Origin: Azolla caroliniana
Taxonomy: Eukaryota; Plantae; Polypodiophyta
NCBI GenBank assembly: GCA_043228905.1
Contig: JBHGNT010000018.1
Span: 15,190,001 to 15,254,000, forward strand
Direction of reading: 5' to 3'
DNA: 64,000 nt
A program made the position numbers and the translations under genes. The notes under the pieces were generated by a model. The model was given only the letters and a program-made list of their open reading frames with translations. It was not told where the DNA came from and made no database searches. Shown one piece after another: positions 14,497 through 29,465 of this stretch (position 1 is its first letter; each line of letters starts with the position of its first letter).

Positions 14497-17400
14497 ATGA
14501 ATGCACAAATGGGCAACTCGCTCCCCAACGAAAAGCTAGACCGGAGTAATTTCTCATCTTGGGAGTACAAGATGAACCAATACCTAGTCGGCCAAGGGTA
14601 TTGGAGCTACACTGACGACGTGCTCGAAAACAAACTCGACATCACAAACGCCAACTACCCAACATTGGTGCAAGGGGCGAGTCGGGTGATGTATTGTTTG
14701 GCAACATGTGTCCACGATCACATGCTCTGTCGCATTCATGATACGAAGACTCCTAGAGAAGTGTGGCGGGATTTGAGACGAATCTTCATTGCAAACACGA
14801 CCGCCCGCAAGCTTCAACTCCAACAAGAGTTGAACAAATCCAACAAAAGGACATGATTGTGTTGGACTACATGAGCAAAATCAAGAATATCTGTGACTCA
14901 CTCAACTCCATCAACATAAACATCGAAGAAGATGAGATGGTGCAAGTGTGCTTGGGTGGCCTCGCACAACGGTTCCACCCAATAAGGATGACAATCTTAG
15001 TGAGGGAGAACCCTCCTTCATTCTTCAACCTTCAATCCATGTTATTGGTCGAAGAGAATCATGTGAGAACAAAGAGCAAGACGTCAGAGGGGCAAATGTT
15101 CTTTTAGAATTCGGAAGGTGGTCGGGCTGAAAGAGGTAAGTTAAGCCAAGGTAGAGGAGGCCGAGTTGGCTAGCATCATGAAAGCAACTTGACCCTTCGA
15201 CAAGAAAACGGAAATACTCGAGGAACCTTCGATAGAAGGGGGAGTTTTCATGCCAAACACAGTCGGAAAATCATGCATGTTATTTGCAATTACTGTGGTA
15301 AGAACGACCACCGTGAAGAGGAGTGCAGAAAAAAGAGAAGCGATTCGGCTTCCACAAGTCAGGAAGTCATCAATTACGCCACTAACTCCGAATTCGAAGA
15401 TTACGAAGGCATGTTCTTCATGAGGCACAAAGCGAACACTATGTCAACATCTGGTTCGTCTAGCACATCTCCATCAGAAGAAGTATGGTTCGTCGACTCG
15501 GGCGCCTCAAATCACATGACATCCCACGAAGAGTGGTTCAATGACTATTGCACACCCGATCGACCCGACTACATGGAAACAGGAGACAACACCACACACA
15601 CCATTTGGCATATCGACAACATCCCTCTCGTCAAGGGCAACAACAACTACATTAAGAATGTCTTGCACGTTCCCACGATTACAAAGAATTTGGTCTCGGT
15701 CAACCAAATCGTGGAGCAAGGTATGCAAATCCGCTTCAACAAGAGGGGTTGTTTCATAGAAAAGAATGGTCAACTCATAGCTAGAGGACGGAGAGAAGGC
15801 TGAATGTTTATTCTTGATTCGAATGAGTTAAAATCAGCAATGTATGCCAAAGGTCTCAAAACTGAGATGAACATCAAATTGTGGCACAAGAGAATCGGTC
15901 ACATCAATGTTCGACGGCTCCGATCTATGTAGTCGAAGGGAGTAGTTTTCGGACTCCCAACTTTTGAGTCGAAACGTGTCAACTGAGTATGCGAAGCATG
16001 CCAACTTGGCAAACAACATAGACTCCCATTTCCAAAGGAGAGCTATGTAAGCAAAGGCCTCCTTGACGTAGTCCACTCGGATATATGGGGGTCGGTTCAA
16101 ACGCCAATGATGGGCGGATGCCGATACTACCTCACCTTTATCAATGATCACTCTTGATACACTTGGATCTTTTCGATGAAGAAAAAGAGTGAAGTGCTTT
16201 TCCACTTCCAGAAGCTCAAGTGCCAAGTCAAAAAAGAAACCGGTTGGTACATTCGATGCCTAAGATTGGATGGAGGGAAGGAGTACTTCTCTGATGAATT
16301 CATCTCCTACCTCCAAAGTGAAGGCATTCAGAGAGAATTTTCATACCAACACAGCCCCCAATAAAATGGAGTAGCCGAAATGAAGAATCGGCACATACTC
16401 GAGGTAGCATGAGCAATGTTGCATGAGAAGCACATGCCGAATTATTATTGGGCCGAAGCGGCATCCACAACCGTCTACATTATGAATAAATGCACAACCA
16501 CTAGAGCACACGAACTGACTCCACATGAGGTTTATGTTGGAAAGAAGCCGACCTTGTTGCATCTACGAGTATTCGGAAGTATAGCCTACGTCCACATTCT
16601 GACCGAGAAATGACAAAAGCTCGACCCGACGTCCGAAAAGTGTGTTTTCGTAGGATATTTGTCCGAACAAAAAGGATACAAGTGCTTCAACCCTTCGAGC
16701 CAATCCGTTTGGGTAAGTCGGGATGTTATTTTGACGAATCGGCATCTTGGTATAAGGTCGACTCGACTCTATCCGAACCGAGCGAGGAAGAGCTAGACGT
16801 CAACTCAGATGACGACGTGCAGCCACTACCTATACCATTGGAAAGTCCAAACTCAACCATGATGAGCGGACCACAAGAGCCTCAAAGCGTTGGATGCATA
16901 CTCCAAATAGGGGCCGGATTGGACAAAGGCAAAGGTAAGTTGCCCGAATACGAAGTCAATCATCCCGACGAAAGCGACTCGGATGTGTCGGCTCGCTCTC
17001 TGGATAGTGAGTTAAGAGTACCCATTATGTGAACTCTCGGTGTAAAGAAGGCACTAGCATCTACGAACGAAAAACTCCGACGCTCGTCCCAAGAGAAGAA
17101 TCCAGTTACTCGATTCGGCTACAATGAGTATATGGCACATCACTATGCTTTCATGATGAAGGTAGTAGCCGAATGAGTGCCGGAATGTTTTTCAACAGTA
17201 GCTTGTGACCCCCCATGGATTGAAGCCATGGACGAAGAAATGCAAGCACTAGTCGACAATGACACATGGGACCTTGTAGCACCTCCACTGCACAAGAAGG
17301 CGATCGGTTGTCAATGGATTTACAAGATCAAACACAATACCGATGGCTCCATTAACCGATACAAAGCTTGTCTTGTTGCTAAGGGGTACACTCAAACCCA

Positions 17401-17561
17401 TGGCATCAACTACGAAGAAACCTTTGCCCCGGTGGCAAAGATGACCACGATTCGAACAATCCTGGCATTCCCGGCAGCAAAAGGGTGGCACCTCCACCAA
17501 ATGGATGTGAAAAATGCGTTCCTCCAAGGTGAGCTAGAGGAGGAGGTGTACATGATACAAA
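14497..17561 (+). pseudogene. Element A gag-PR-INT-RT(5' part), with frameshifts and stops
   Basis: EKLDRSNFSSW (gag), CNYCGKNDHREEEC zinc knuckle, WFVDSGASNHM protease, RCLRLDGGKEY integrase, [19 protein letters not shown]. Confidence 0.92.
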
Positions 17562-18109
17562 TATTAGGAATCGACTGGCCACAACCGGTTATACATTCGT
17601 ATTCGTGTGGAGAAACCAAGAACTAGTATACAGACGAAAACGTGAAGACACAGAGACACCGATATTTTACGTGGAAAACACGAAATGGGAAAAACCATGG
17701 GGGTCCACAAACCCCAAGAAAAACAGATCACTATAGTAGAGAGGAAGTACAAAATCTGGAACTCGGAGGCAACGATCTCGAGTTCTCCTTCGTCTGACAG
17801 ACGGCTACAGAGTTACACTCTCACACTCTCACTTACGGTTACAGAGGCAACTACCTCGTTCTAACTTTACAATAATGATCAACTACACTTACTAAAGTTT
17901 GCCCTAGTTGCTTATAAACAAAAGCAACTTTCTGGCTATTTACAAGTATAGCCCACAAGGGCATTTTACAATTATAGTCTTCCGAAACGATTTTAGTTTT
18001 TAGTTTTTAGTTTTTGGTTTTCCATTTCCATTTCCATTTCGGCCAATGGGAATGGAAATCCCATTCAGAGGGACATGTTTCCCAACAAACTCCCCCTTTA
18101 CTCTGGCAT

Positions 18110-19434
18110 GGGGTACTTCACCAAATCGACTCTCTGTCGGCACACGTTTAGCTTTTTGGCTAACAGTACCTTCGTCAACATATCCGATCCATTTTCGGCC
18201 GTGTGGATCTTCACTAGAGAAAACTCCTTTTTTTCTACTCGCTCTCGGAGCCAGTGATATCTTCTCTAGATGTGTTTGGTCCTCAAGTGGTAGGCGACAT
18301 TTTTCGCAAGGTGGATGGCACTCTGGTTATCGCAATGGAGTTGGAATTCCTCCTGCTGAATTCCCAGCTCATCGATAAACTCCTTCATCCATATGATTTC
18401 CTTGCCGGCTTCTACTGTGGCCATATATTCGGCTTCCGTGGTCGACAACGCCACGGCCTTCTGCAACCTCGACTGCCACGAAACAGCTCCCCCTGCATAA
18501 GTCATTATGTACTCGGACGTGGATCGGCTGATATCCACATCAGGCGACATGTCCGAGTTAGTATAAGTATAACCTTCCAGTGTGGGGTTCCCCGGACTGA
18601 AACGAAGACACACGTTTGAGGTGCCTTTTAGGTATCGAAGTATCCACTTCACGACAATCCAATGCTCTCTTCCGGGGTTGCTCATATATCAACTAACCAC
18701 GCCGACTGCGTATCCTATGTACGGCATGGTACATAGCATCGCGTACATTAGGCTTCCAACTGCTGAGGCATAAGGAACTTTTGACATCTCGGCCTTCTTG
18801 GTTTTTGATTTCGGACATTGTTCATTACTTAGCTTGTAGTTCGTCGGCAGTGTCAAGTTGACTGGTTTCATGCTTTCCATACTGAATCTCTGGAGCACCT
18901 TTGTCACATATTTTTCTTGTGACAACCACAACAATTTCTTTGTTCGATCCCAAACAATGTGCATCCCTAGGATTTGCTTTGACGAACCCATATCCTTCAT
19001 CGAGAATGATCTGCTGAAAGTCGTCTTCAACACTCGGATCTTCATATGGTCCTGTTCAACAATCAACATGTCATCCATGTACAACAAGAGGATGAGGAAA
19101 TCTCCTCCGTCGAATTTCTTCACAAATACACAATGATCGGCCTCCGTTTTGTGGTACCCATTATCAGTCATGAAAGATTCGAATTTTTGGTACCATTGCC
19201 AAGGTGCTTGCTTCAACTCGTATAGGCTCTTCCTTAATCGGCATACCAGGTTCTCTTTACCTTTCTCCACAAATGCTTTCGGCTGGTGCATATAGATCTC
19301 CTCGTCGAGATCACCATGTAGAAACGCCCTCTTGACATCCAATTGTTCGACTTCGAGATTCATGCTGGCCACGATGCTCAGTATGGTTCGGATTGACGTC
19401 ATCTTTACGACCGGGACAAATATTTCGTCGAAAT
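18110..19434 (-). pseudogene. Element B RT-RNase H (3' part)
   Basis: QLDVKRAFLHGDL, LLLYMDDML, SWQSRLQ...STTEAEY, CDNQSAI. Confidence 0.92.
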
Positions 19435-22400
19435 TGTTGTGAAGGCGCTCCAGCTCTTCTTAATGCACAATGGATCGTGATGTGCTAGATCGTTTAGTGT
19501 GCTCAAGACAGAAAAGGAAGGAGGAAAGAGACTTACCTCTATAGCAACCCAAAAGCTTATATGTCATTACATGCAAAGAAACCTCTCTCGTTAGTTTTCT
19601 GTTTTTCTACTTCTCTCTCTCTCTCTCTCTTACTTTTTTACCTAAGTTATAAGTGACTTACATATGCAACTAATTAGCTGTGAGTAGCTAAATAACTATA
19701 AATAGCTAAATAGTTGTTTTGCTTATATGTTCACTAGTAGCTAATTTTCCTAATAGCTACTATAGAAGATCTTATTTCCCAATAAGCATCACATGCTTTT
19801 ATTGAGCTTGTTCTCAACACTCCCACTCAAGCTCAACTTATCCTTTCTTGAGGTCATCTTTAGTCTTCTTTCCTTCATGCTTTACAGCTATCATACCAAT
19901 GCTTATAATTCCCCTCATGTTCCGAAATCAGTCCCTTCGTAAAAATATCAGCCACTTGCTGATTTGTGCTTACATACAACAGATCCACTTCTCCATCAAT
20001 CACTTTTTTCTCTAACAAAGTGATAATACACTTCAATGTGCTTTGTTCTTGCATGGAACACTAGGTTTTTTGCGAGTTGAATGCTGCTCATATTGTCACA
20101 CCAAATTGTGACTGCACCATCTATGTACTCTCCCAAATCAACAAGCAATCTTCTGATCCATACCTCTTCACAAGTGGTTATTGCAGCTCCTCTATATTCA
20201 GCTTCAATACTTGATAATGCACTAGTAGATTATTTCTTGCTACTCCATGAAATAGCTGCACTTCCCAAAGTAAACATATATCCACTTGTGGATCTTTTAT
20301 CAGTTTGGCTTCCAACCCAATCAACATATGTATATCCTTCCAGCTTTATGTCCAGATCAGCCTTGTAAAACAACCCATAGTTATGAGTAGCTTTTATATA
20401 CCTCAAGATTCTTCTAATGTAGTCCATATGTGGCTTTGTTGGCTTTTGCATAAACTGGGTGACTAATCCAACAACATAACTCAAATTAGGTCTTGTTATA
20501 GTCAAATATATGAGGCTCCTCACCATAGACTTGTACATGTTTACATCTTCTCGTTTGGTTCCCAAATCATCCCTCAATTTGCAGTTCTTATCCAATGGTA
20601 CATTAATAGGTTTGCATCCAAGCATACCATACTTCTCCAACATAGTTGTTGCATACTGTTTTTGCAACATATATATACCACTTTCAGATCTAATCATCTC
20701 AATACCAAGAAAGTATCTCAACTCTCCCAAATCCTTCATATAAAATTGCATTTCCAGATTTTTCTTCAGCTTATTTATTTCATCCATAGAATCACCTCCG
20801 ATGATTAAATCATCTACATAAATCAAAGTCACAACAATGCAATCATTCATCTTCGTTATATACAATGATGGATCAACCTTTGATATTCTGAAGGCAAATT
20901 TTTTAAGAGATTTTGAAAGTTCTTTGTGCCATGCTCTCGGTGCTTGTTTCAGTCCATAGAGAGCATTTTTCAGCTTACAAACATATTCTGGATGCTTCTT
21001 ATCTTCAAATCCTAGTGGTTTACACATGTATACTTTCTCTTCCAAGTTACCATGTAAAAAGGCATTTTTTACATCCATATGGTGCAGAACCCATCTTTTG
21101 GTTGCACTTACAACAAGTAGTGTCCTCAAGGTTGTCATTTTTGCAACTGGTGCAAATGTTTTCATCATAATCTATTGCTTGCATCTGGGCATATCCCTTT
21201 GCCATAAGTCATGCTTTATGTCTACTTACATTCCCATTGGAATCATGCTTTGTTTTGTAGACCAATTTGCAACCTATAACATTTTTTCCTTTTGGTAACT
21301 TTACTAAATCCCATGTTTTATTTTCAGCCAATGCATCTATTTCTTCTTGCATTGCATTCACCCATTTCTTATCAGATTTTGCTTCATCAAAACTATTTGG
21401 ATCAAGAATTTGCACCACTTTAGACATATATGCGTAATGCATAGCCATGTATGTATCATAACCAAATCTTTCAACAATATTTTTCTCTCTATCTGATCTT
21501 CTCAGTTTCAAATTTGCATCTTTTATTGTCTTCTCAATACCAGGGATTTTCAGGGCTCGTATACCCAACTCATCATCCAATGATGTATCTGAATCTACAT
21601 CGTCCATGTTTCTAGACCCTCCATCAAACATTTCATATTCTGGCATCTTCTGTTTTCCCTTTTTATCATCATATTTTTTTGTCTTGCATTCTTTCCACTC
21701 CAAGAATTTGATTCAGATTTACTACAAGATTTTTCAGATGGTCCAGTACATTCTATTGATGTTGAACTTTCCTATCCAACATTGCTTCCATTTCCATGGT
21801 TATCACTTCCATTTTCAGATTTGTTCTTGTCTTCATTTTCATTGTCTTCATCACTTTCTACATTTTCTTTTGAGTTGTACCATCTCCCCAACTCATCAAA
21901 TATTACATCATGGCTCAATACAATCTTTTTTGTCAATGGGTTATAGCATATATACCCTTTTTGCTCCTCTTAATATCCAACAAGAACACATTTTTCAGTT
22001 TTTGGATCAAGCTTACTTCTTACTTCATCAGGTACATGGACATAGGCAAGACATCCAAACACTTTTAAGTGTCCTAAACTAGGTTTCCTTCCATAGAATC
22101 ATTATTTAGGAGTTACTTCATGTACTCCAGATGTTATACATCTATTTAGAATAAAGTTGGTTGTGTTTACAACTTTTGCCCAGTAATACAATGGCATATT
22201 TTTTTCAGTCATCAAGGCTCTTGCTATGTTCACCAAAGTTCTGTTTTTTCTCTCAGCCACTCCATTTTGCTGTGGAGTATATCTACATGTGAATTGTCTC
22301 CTTATTCCTTGATTGCATAGAAAATTAGAAAAATCATTTGAGAAGTATTCTCCTCCTCCATCAGCCCTAAACATTTTACTCTAGTTCCAACATGCTTTTC

Positions 22401-24634
22401 TACCATGCATTTAAACTTATGAAAGCAATCAAATACTTCACTTTTCTCTTTCATGAAGTAAACCCATGTTTTCCTTGAGCAATCATCAATAAATGTTACA
22501 TAAAACCTACAACCACCAATTGATGCATTTTTTATTGGTCCCCATACATATGTATGTACCAAATCCAACAAATTTTTGCTTACATGTCTTTCATGAGGGA
22601 AAGGTAACCTGTTTTGCTTTCTAGATTGGCATGCTTCACATATTTTGCTCATCTCACAGTCTTTCAACTTAGGCAGTTCAACCATTGCATTTTTCCTCAA
22701 CATATTTTTCAAGGTTTGCATACTTATGTGACCGATTCTTTTATGCCACATCTCCACATCAGAGATTACATTCATTCCTTCTGCAAACATGGCTGTAATA
22801 TTTTTAGGCATATCTACATTTAATAGAAACATTCTTCCTTGTCATTTTCCTTTTGCAATAAGCTTTCCATGTTTCTCTATAAAGCATCTTAAACTTAACT
22901 TGCATTCCTTGCTCTACTATCTGTCCAACAAAAATAAGATTCTTTGCCAGGTTTGGCACATGCATAACATTCAACATATACTTTGTTTTTCCTTTTTCTT
23001 CCCACAATGGGATATCTCCAACATGCTCGATTGTATGAGTGGTATTATCACTTGTCTGTACATAACCAGGAATCTCTGGTTCTCTTAGACTTTCAAACCA
23101 ATTTGCATGTCTTGTCATATGATTATATGCCCTAGAATCTACATACCACATATACTCTTCATTGCATCTTTGTGAACATTCAGCCATTGCTGCTGTCTCA
23201 TGTTGTATCATAAATGCACCTTCTTTATCACACTTTTCACTAGTTGAAGCATAGTTATTTTGCGGTCTCTTCCCTCTTTTTTCATCATTTTGCTTTTTAT
23301 AGCATTTAGCCTGTGTATGGCCTGGTTTTACACAATACCAACAACCATCATCATTCAAAAAATCCTGCTTACCTCTGCCTCGATTGCCCCCCCTATTTCT
23401 TCCACTTGTAGCTTGTTGTCCTCTTCCTTGATAATTATTGCTGGTTCTAATTGAACCAAATCTTCCCCGGCCTCTTCCAACACTATTGTAGAGGGCTTGC
23501 CCCTCAGTTTCAAAGTTTCCTTTGTTTACATTATCCATCTGATTTCTTTCTTCCACTACAAACATTGAAACTAGATTTGGAAAACTTGGGATGTTATCCC
23601 TTGTGAGAATAAATGTTTTGAAGCTTTTACATTGAGGTCCTAAGCCTCTTAAGCATATTTCCACCTTATCATCATCTTCTACGTTCACATTAATAAAAGC
23701 AAGTGACTCACATATGCTCTTTATTTTCAGAGCATACTCATTAACTGACATCTTACCTTTTTCCAAGGTATTTAGCTTAGTCTTCAACTAAAGCTTTCTA
23801 GCCTTTGTGTTTACTGCAAATAGTTTTACCAAACTGTCCCAAGCTTCTTTCGGAAGCAAAGCATCTTGTATGTGTCGAAGCATCGAATATGAGATGCTAA
23901 GTGACAACCAATGCAATACTTTCCTTGCCCCTTGATTCCATTCCTTAAAATTTGCTTTCATCTATGCAGCAGTTGCATTTTCTTCAAGGATATCTAGATC
24001 CTCTTCTGGGTCTCCTTCAATGTAATCCCAGTATCCTTTTCCCATCAGGAAATTTATCATTCTGAATTTCCATGCAGGTAAATTGTTTTTGTCTAACTTT
24101 TCTGTGACTATTTGGCTTCCATTCTCAACAACCATTCTCTCTTTCAAATTAGGGCTTTTGCTATGATTAACTTCACAGAAAACTCTCTGATTCAGAACAA
24201 CAACCAGAACGAAACTTCTTAGATTTGTATTGTTCCTCTTTGCGAGCAACTCTGTTTTGATACCATGTTACGAAGGCGCTCCGACTCTTCTTAATGCACA
24301 TCGGATCGTGATGTGCTAGATCGTTTAGTGTGCTCAAGACAAAAAAGGAAGGGGGAAAGAGACTTACCTCTATAACAACCCAAAAGCTTCTATTTTATTA
24401 CACACAAAGAAACATCTCTCGTCAGTTTTCTGTTTTTCTACTTCTCTCTCTATCACTTACATATGTAGCTTAGCTGTGAATAGCTAATTAGCTATGAGTA
24501 GCTAAATAGTTGTGCATAGCTAAATAGTTGTTTTGCCTATATGTTCACTAGTAGCTAATTTTCCTAATAGCTACTATAGAAGATCTTATTTCCCAATAAG
24601 CATCACATGCTTTTGTTGAGCTTGTTTCTCAATA
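19435..24634 (-). mobile_element. Ty1/copia element C, inserted in the RT of B
   Basis: LTRs 19435-19819 and 24266-24634. Degenerate Met PBS (24254-24265) and PPT next to 19819. Perfect 5-bp TSD GAAAT (19430-34 and 24635-39). Removing C restores KKGVDFDEIF in B. Confidence 0.95.
19880..24135 (-). pseudogene. Element C gag-pol with frameshifts and stops
   Basis: EKLDKNNLPAW, CWYCVKPGHTQAKC, WYVDSRAYNHM, RADGGGEY, TPQQNGVAER, IYVDDL, SWSSKK. Confidence 0.93.
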
Positions 24635-24639
24635 GAAAT

Positions 24640-27267
24640 CGACACCCTTCTTCTGCTTAAAGCCTTTCACGACGATTCATGCTTTGTACCTGGGTGGATT
24701 CCCGCCATCTCCTGGTTTCAACTTGTATACCCATTTATTCCGAAGGGCATTCTTTCCTCTTGGAAGTTCAGTCAGTTCATATGTGTGGTTCTCATGCAAG
24801 GAATCTATCTCCTCTTGCATGACACTCAACCAGTTTTGGCTGTGGGTATCTTCCTTAGCTTCTTCAAAGCTTTCTGGCTCCCCCTCATCGGTTAGCAATA
24901 CACACTCTTCATCTGGAAATCTTCGAGGGGCCCTCCTTTCTCTTAGGGGGTATCTTCGGCCTCCATTCGGCATGGTCGGTTCTTCTTCGACTTCTTCGGC
25001 CGAGTCGAATTCGGTTCCTTGTTCGGCCATTTCCCCTCGTTTTTTAGTCAGTTCTTGATTTTGCCGAGTATTAAATCGACCGACTGGTTCGGATTCGATT
25101 TTGATTGAATCGACTTCTACTCAATTCGGTAGTTGGAGACTTATTCTCAATCTCCTAATCGACTATTGTCTTTTCCTCCATGAAGACAATGTCGCGACTC
25201 CTAATCACTTTCTTCTCGGCTAAGTCCCATAGTCGATAGCCAGATTCATCATTGTTGTAGCCGAGAAATATACCTGGCTAGATTTCGGGTCTAGTTTCCC
25301 CCTTTGGTCTTTTGCCACATGCACATAGGCAAGACAACCGAACACCCTCAGATGTCGGTACGTCTTGGCCGCCCCACACCCTTTGTGGGATATCATCGTC
25401 TAGGGGTACTGAGGGTGATCAGTTTATCACGTACGCTACCGTCATCAGCGCCTCATCCCAGAATGTCTTCGGTAACATAGCATGTGCAAGCATACTTCAG
25501 ACCCTTTCCATTATGGTTCGGCTCATTCTCTCGGCCAACCCATTAAGCTTTGACGTCTTCAACGCGGTATACTCGAGCCAGATTCCTTGATTTTGGCAAT
25601 ATTCCTTGACTGGTCCACGGTACTCTCCGCCATTGTCCGCTCGGACTGCCTTCAGTTTTCGGCCGGTTTCTCTCTCGGCCCTTGCTTGGAACTTTTTGAA
25701 GACGAATAACACTAGATCCTTCGTCTTCAGCACGGAAGCCCACAACTTCTGGCTACAATCATCAATGAAGGTCACGAAATACTGTGAACCACCATGCGAC
25801 TTTGTGTCCACATAGCATACGTCCGTATGCACGAGTTCCAACGGCATTTTCTTCGTCATCAGGGGCCTTGCTCGGAAGGATGTTCGATTTTGCTTGTCGG
25901 CCAAGCAATCGGTGCACTTCTCAAGTTGCACGTTCTTCACCTCCAGAATGAGATTGTTCTCTTCTGGCTCATATTGCACAACCTCCTGTGCCACAGTTCA
26001 CTGACCGTGTCGGCTGCCACGTTTGCTTCCCCTCGGCATATTCGAGCATTCATTATGTACAGTGTGTTGGTTTTCTGGGCTCAAGCCATGATTAGACTGT
26101 CCTTGCAGAACTTCATGACACCGTTATAGATGCTACCCGTGTAGCCTTCATCATCTAGCTGACCGGCTGATATCAGGTTCAGTCGAACCTCCGAAACATG
26201 TCGTACAACTCTCAACACAAGTCTGCACCCGGTTGAAGTTTCCAAACACACATCTCCAATGCCGAAAATTCGGCATGCTCCTTCATTTCTCATATTTATA
26301 GATCCGAGATCTCTGGCTTTGTAGGATGAGAAGCACTTTCGGTCAGGGGTTAGGTGAAACGACACACCCGAATTGACGACCCTTCGCCTGCGAGATTCAC
26401 TTTGTTTTGCTCACTAATGAGCAACAACTCCTCCTCACTCGTGGCGTTTGCTGAGGTGTTCTTTCTATTCGAGATTTTCTTCGGCTCTACACCATCAGCT
26501 CCCCCTTTCTCCTTTCGAAAGTGTCGGCAATTTTACTGGAAGTGCCCCGACTTCCCACAATAGAAGCACGTGGGCCTCCCCCTCGACTTCGACCTGGTCC
26601 CCAACTTATCTCGGTTTTGGGGACTTCGATTTTGGCCTCTTCCCTGAATCGTGTCACCTTCCGTGAATAAGGCCTTCTGGTCGGTATTGGACTCACGGTC
26701 CTTCCGGCGAAATTCTTCATTCAGCAAGCTCGACTTCACTTGCTCTAGGGATAGATGCTTCCCTTTCGGCCTGATATTGCCCAAAGTGACAACGAGCATC
26801 TCCCAACTGTCCGGAAGGGATCCCAACAACAATAATGCTAATACCTCGTCGGCGAGAGGTACTTCTAGGGAGGTGGTTTGGTTCATCAACCCTTGGAAGG
26901 CATTGATGTGTTCCGCAATGTTGGAGCCATCCTGATACTGGAGCCTCACGATTTTTCGAAATACTGAGACTCGGTTCATGGCGTTCTTGTTTTCAAACAT
27001 GACGTTGTTCTTCTTCCATAAGACGTCTGCTTCTGTTTCTTCGCTGAAGTTGTTGTATAGACCCATGTCTATAAAACACCTTATATATGTAGCCGCATTC
27101 AGATACAACACTTCCCAAGTCGCTGCATTGATTTTGTCTGGTCTTTTATCTCCGAACTGCACTAACAACCAGAGGTCTTTGCACACGAGCATGTCTCTCA
27201 TCTTCGACTTCAACACTGAGTAGTTGGAGCGGGTTTTCTTAAACATGTCGTTGAACGAGTCTTCCAT
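24640..27267 (-). pseudogene. Element B gag-PR-INT-RT(5' part)
   Basis: KMRDMLVCKDLW gag, CFYCGKSGH, VHTDV...FIDD...RADNGGEY integrase, NKWVYKLK RT. Confidence 0.92.
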
Positions 27268-27841
27268 CGCTCTAATACCACTTTGTTAGGAATCGACCGA
27301 CCACAACCGGTTATACGTTCGTATTCGTGTGCAGAAACCAAGAACTAGTACACAGACGAAAACGTGAAGACACAGAGACACCGATATTTTACGTGGAAAC
27401 CCCGAAATGGGAAAAACCCACGGGGGTCCACAAACCCCGAGAAAAACAGATCACTATAGTAGAGAAGAAGTACAAAATACGGAACTTGGAGGCAACGACC
27501 TCGAGTTCTCCTTCATCTGACAGACGGCTATAGAGTTACACTCTCACTCTCTCACTCACGGTTATAGAGGCAACTACCTCGTTCTAACTTTACAATAATA
27601 ATCAACTACACTTACTAAAGTTTGCCCTAGTTGCTTACAAACAGAAGCAACTTTCTGGCTATTTACAAGTATAGCCCAGAAGGGCATTTTAGACTATTTA
27701 CAAATATAGTCTTCTGAAACGATTTCGGCTTTCAATTTCAATTTCAAATTTGATTTTGATTTTGATTTTGGCCTCAGCCGAGATACTCACCAACGCGGTA
27801 CTTCTCTTCCCATCCGGAGGGACATGTTTCCCAACAACAAC

Positions 27842-28960
27842 CACCCGACTACAAGTCAAAATCACATCCGAGTGCACTATGCCAACTCAAGAAGCTCCTC
27901 TACGGCCTCAAGTAAGCTCCAAGGGCCTGACATTCAAAGCTAACGCAATCTCTGCACCAAATCGGTTTTCGAATCTCAAAGTCTGACAACTCATTGTTTA
28001 TTCAGAACAATTCTAGTGGTCTGCTCCTCATCATCATATATGTCGACGACTTAGTGATCGACGATGAACATCTAGCTGACATCAACAAAGTCAAGATGCT
28101 CCTCTCTGGGAAGTTCGAGATGAAAGACATGAACGAACTTCATTACTTTATGGGAATCGCGGTCATCCGAACCAACGACGGTATAATGCTCTCCCAACGC
28201 CCCTACATCCTGAATCTCTTGTTCAAGTTTGGTATGACTGACTACAAGCCAATCTCGACTCCCCTCAATCGCAACCTAAAATTGCAGACAGACTCTGGCA
28301 CGCCCTGTGAGCCAATTCAATATCGACAAATTATCGGGAGTCTCATCTATCTAACTATTACTAGCCCCGACCTCAACTATGCGGTCGGCCTCCTTAGTCA
28401 GTTTATGCAAACACCGTGTGACAAACATTTGCATTGTGCTAAGAGATTTTTATGGTACGTTAGTGGAACCATGAATCAGGGAATTTTCTACAAGGAAGGT
28501 GTGATTATTCGGCTAGAAGGATATACTGACGCTGACTGGGCCGGCAATGTATCTGATCGACGTTCCACATCCGGATTCGTCTTCTCACTAGAAAGGGGAG
28601 CGATTTCGTGGAGTAGCAAAAAGCAACCAACTGTTGTATTGTCCAACACATAAGCGGAATATAGGAGCGTGGCCGTAGCCACATGCGAAGCAGTTTGGTT
28701 GAAGCAGCTACTCAAGGACTTCAATGAATCGATCGACAAGCCGATACGTATCTACTGCGACAATCAAAGTAGCATACAACTAGACCGAAATCCGGTCTTC
28801 CATGCCTGAACGAAACACATGGAGGTCCAATATCATTACATTCGGGAGCACACCATCACGGAAGACATCAACCTCCAACATGTTGGTACAGATCGATAGA
28901 AGGCCAATATCTTTACCAAGGCCTTAGGAGCTAACAAGCTCCACGAGTTTTCGATGGCAC
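27842..28960 (+). pseudogene. Element A RT-RNase H (3' part)
   Basis: IIIYVDDLVI, GYTDADWAG, SWSSKKQPTV. Confidence 0.92.
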
Positions 28961-29465
28961 TTGGCCTTCGGTCGAATAACACACCAAGCCTTCATCGAAC
29001 ACTTGAGGGGGAGAATACCAACAGCCGAAAACTACTGACTTAATGTAAGTCGGAAACGAGAAGCCGACATGCCGAAATCGGATGTTGGACGGCTCATACT
29101 TGAGCTTGATGGGGCATATTGAGATATCAAGCTCAATTAAGTTTAGTTGTTTAGTCAACCATGTAACTTAGTAGTTACATAGATAGAATTTATTTTGAAT
29201 GTTGATTATAAAGGTTTTGTTCCTATTATTTAAGCGGGAGATCCCTAGATTCCCCACTATCGAGTTCATTTAATGTAGGACTTGCACCCTTGTACTTATA
29301 TTCTCCTTACACATGTGCACCCTTGCACATGAGATGTATATATACCTCATTGTAGGTATTTTTGTAACTTGATGATAACCTTTTAACATAAGTAAGAGTT
29401 CTTTATGCTACACTCCTTACTCATCCCCCATTTACTATTGATAAGTGTAGCTTCCTCTCTCTCTT

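Larger units (their letters stand above)
17562..27836 (-). mobile_element. Ty1/copia element B (Tnt1/Tork-like), inserted in the RT of A
   Basis: LTRs 17562-18087 and 27284-27836. Met-type PBS (TGGTATTAGAGC on minus, 27269-27280) and PPT at 18088-18097. TSD ACAAA/ACAAC (4 of 5). Removing B restores EVYMIQ|PPDYKS...LYGLK in A. Confidence 0.93.
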
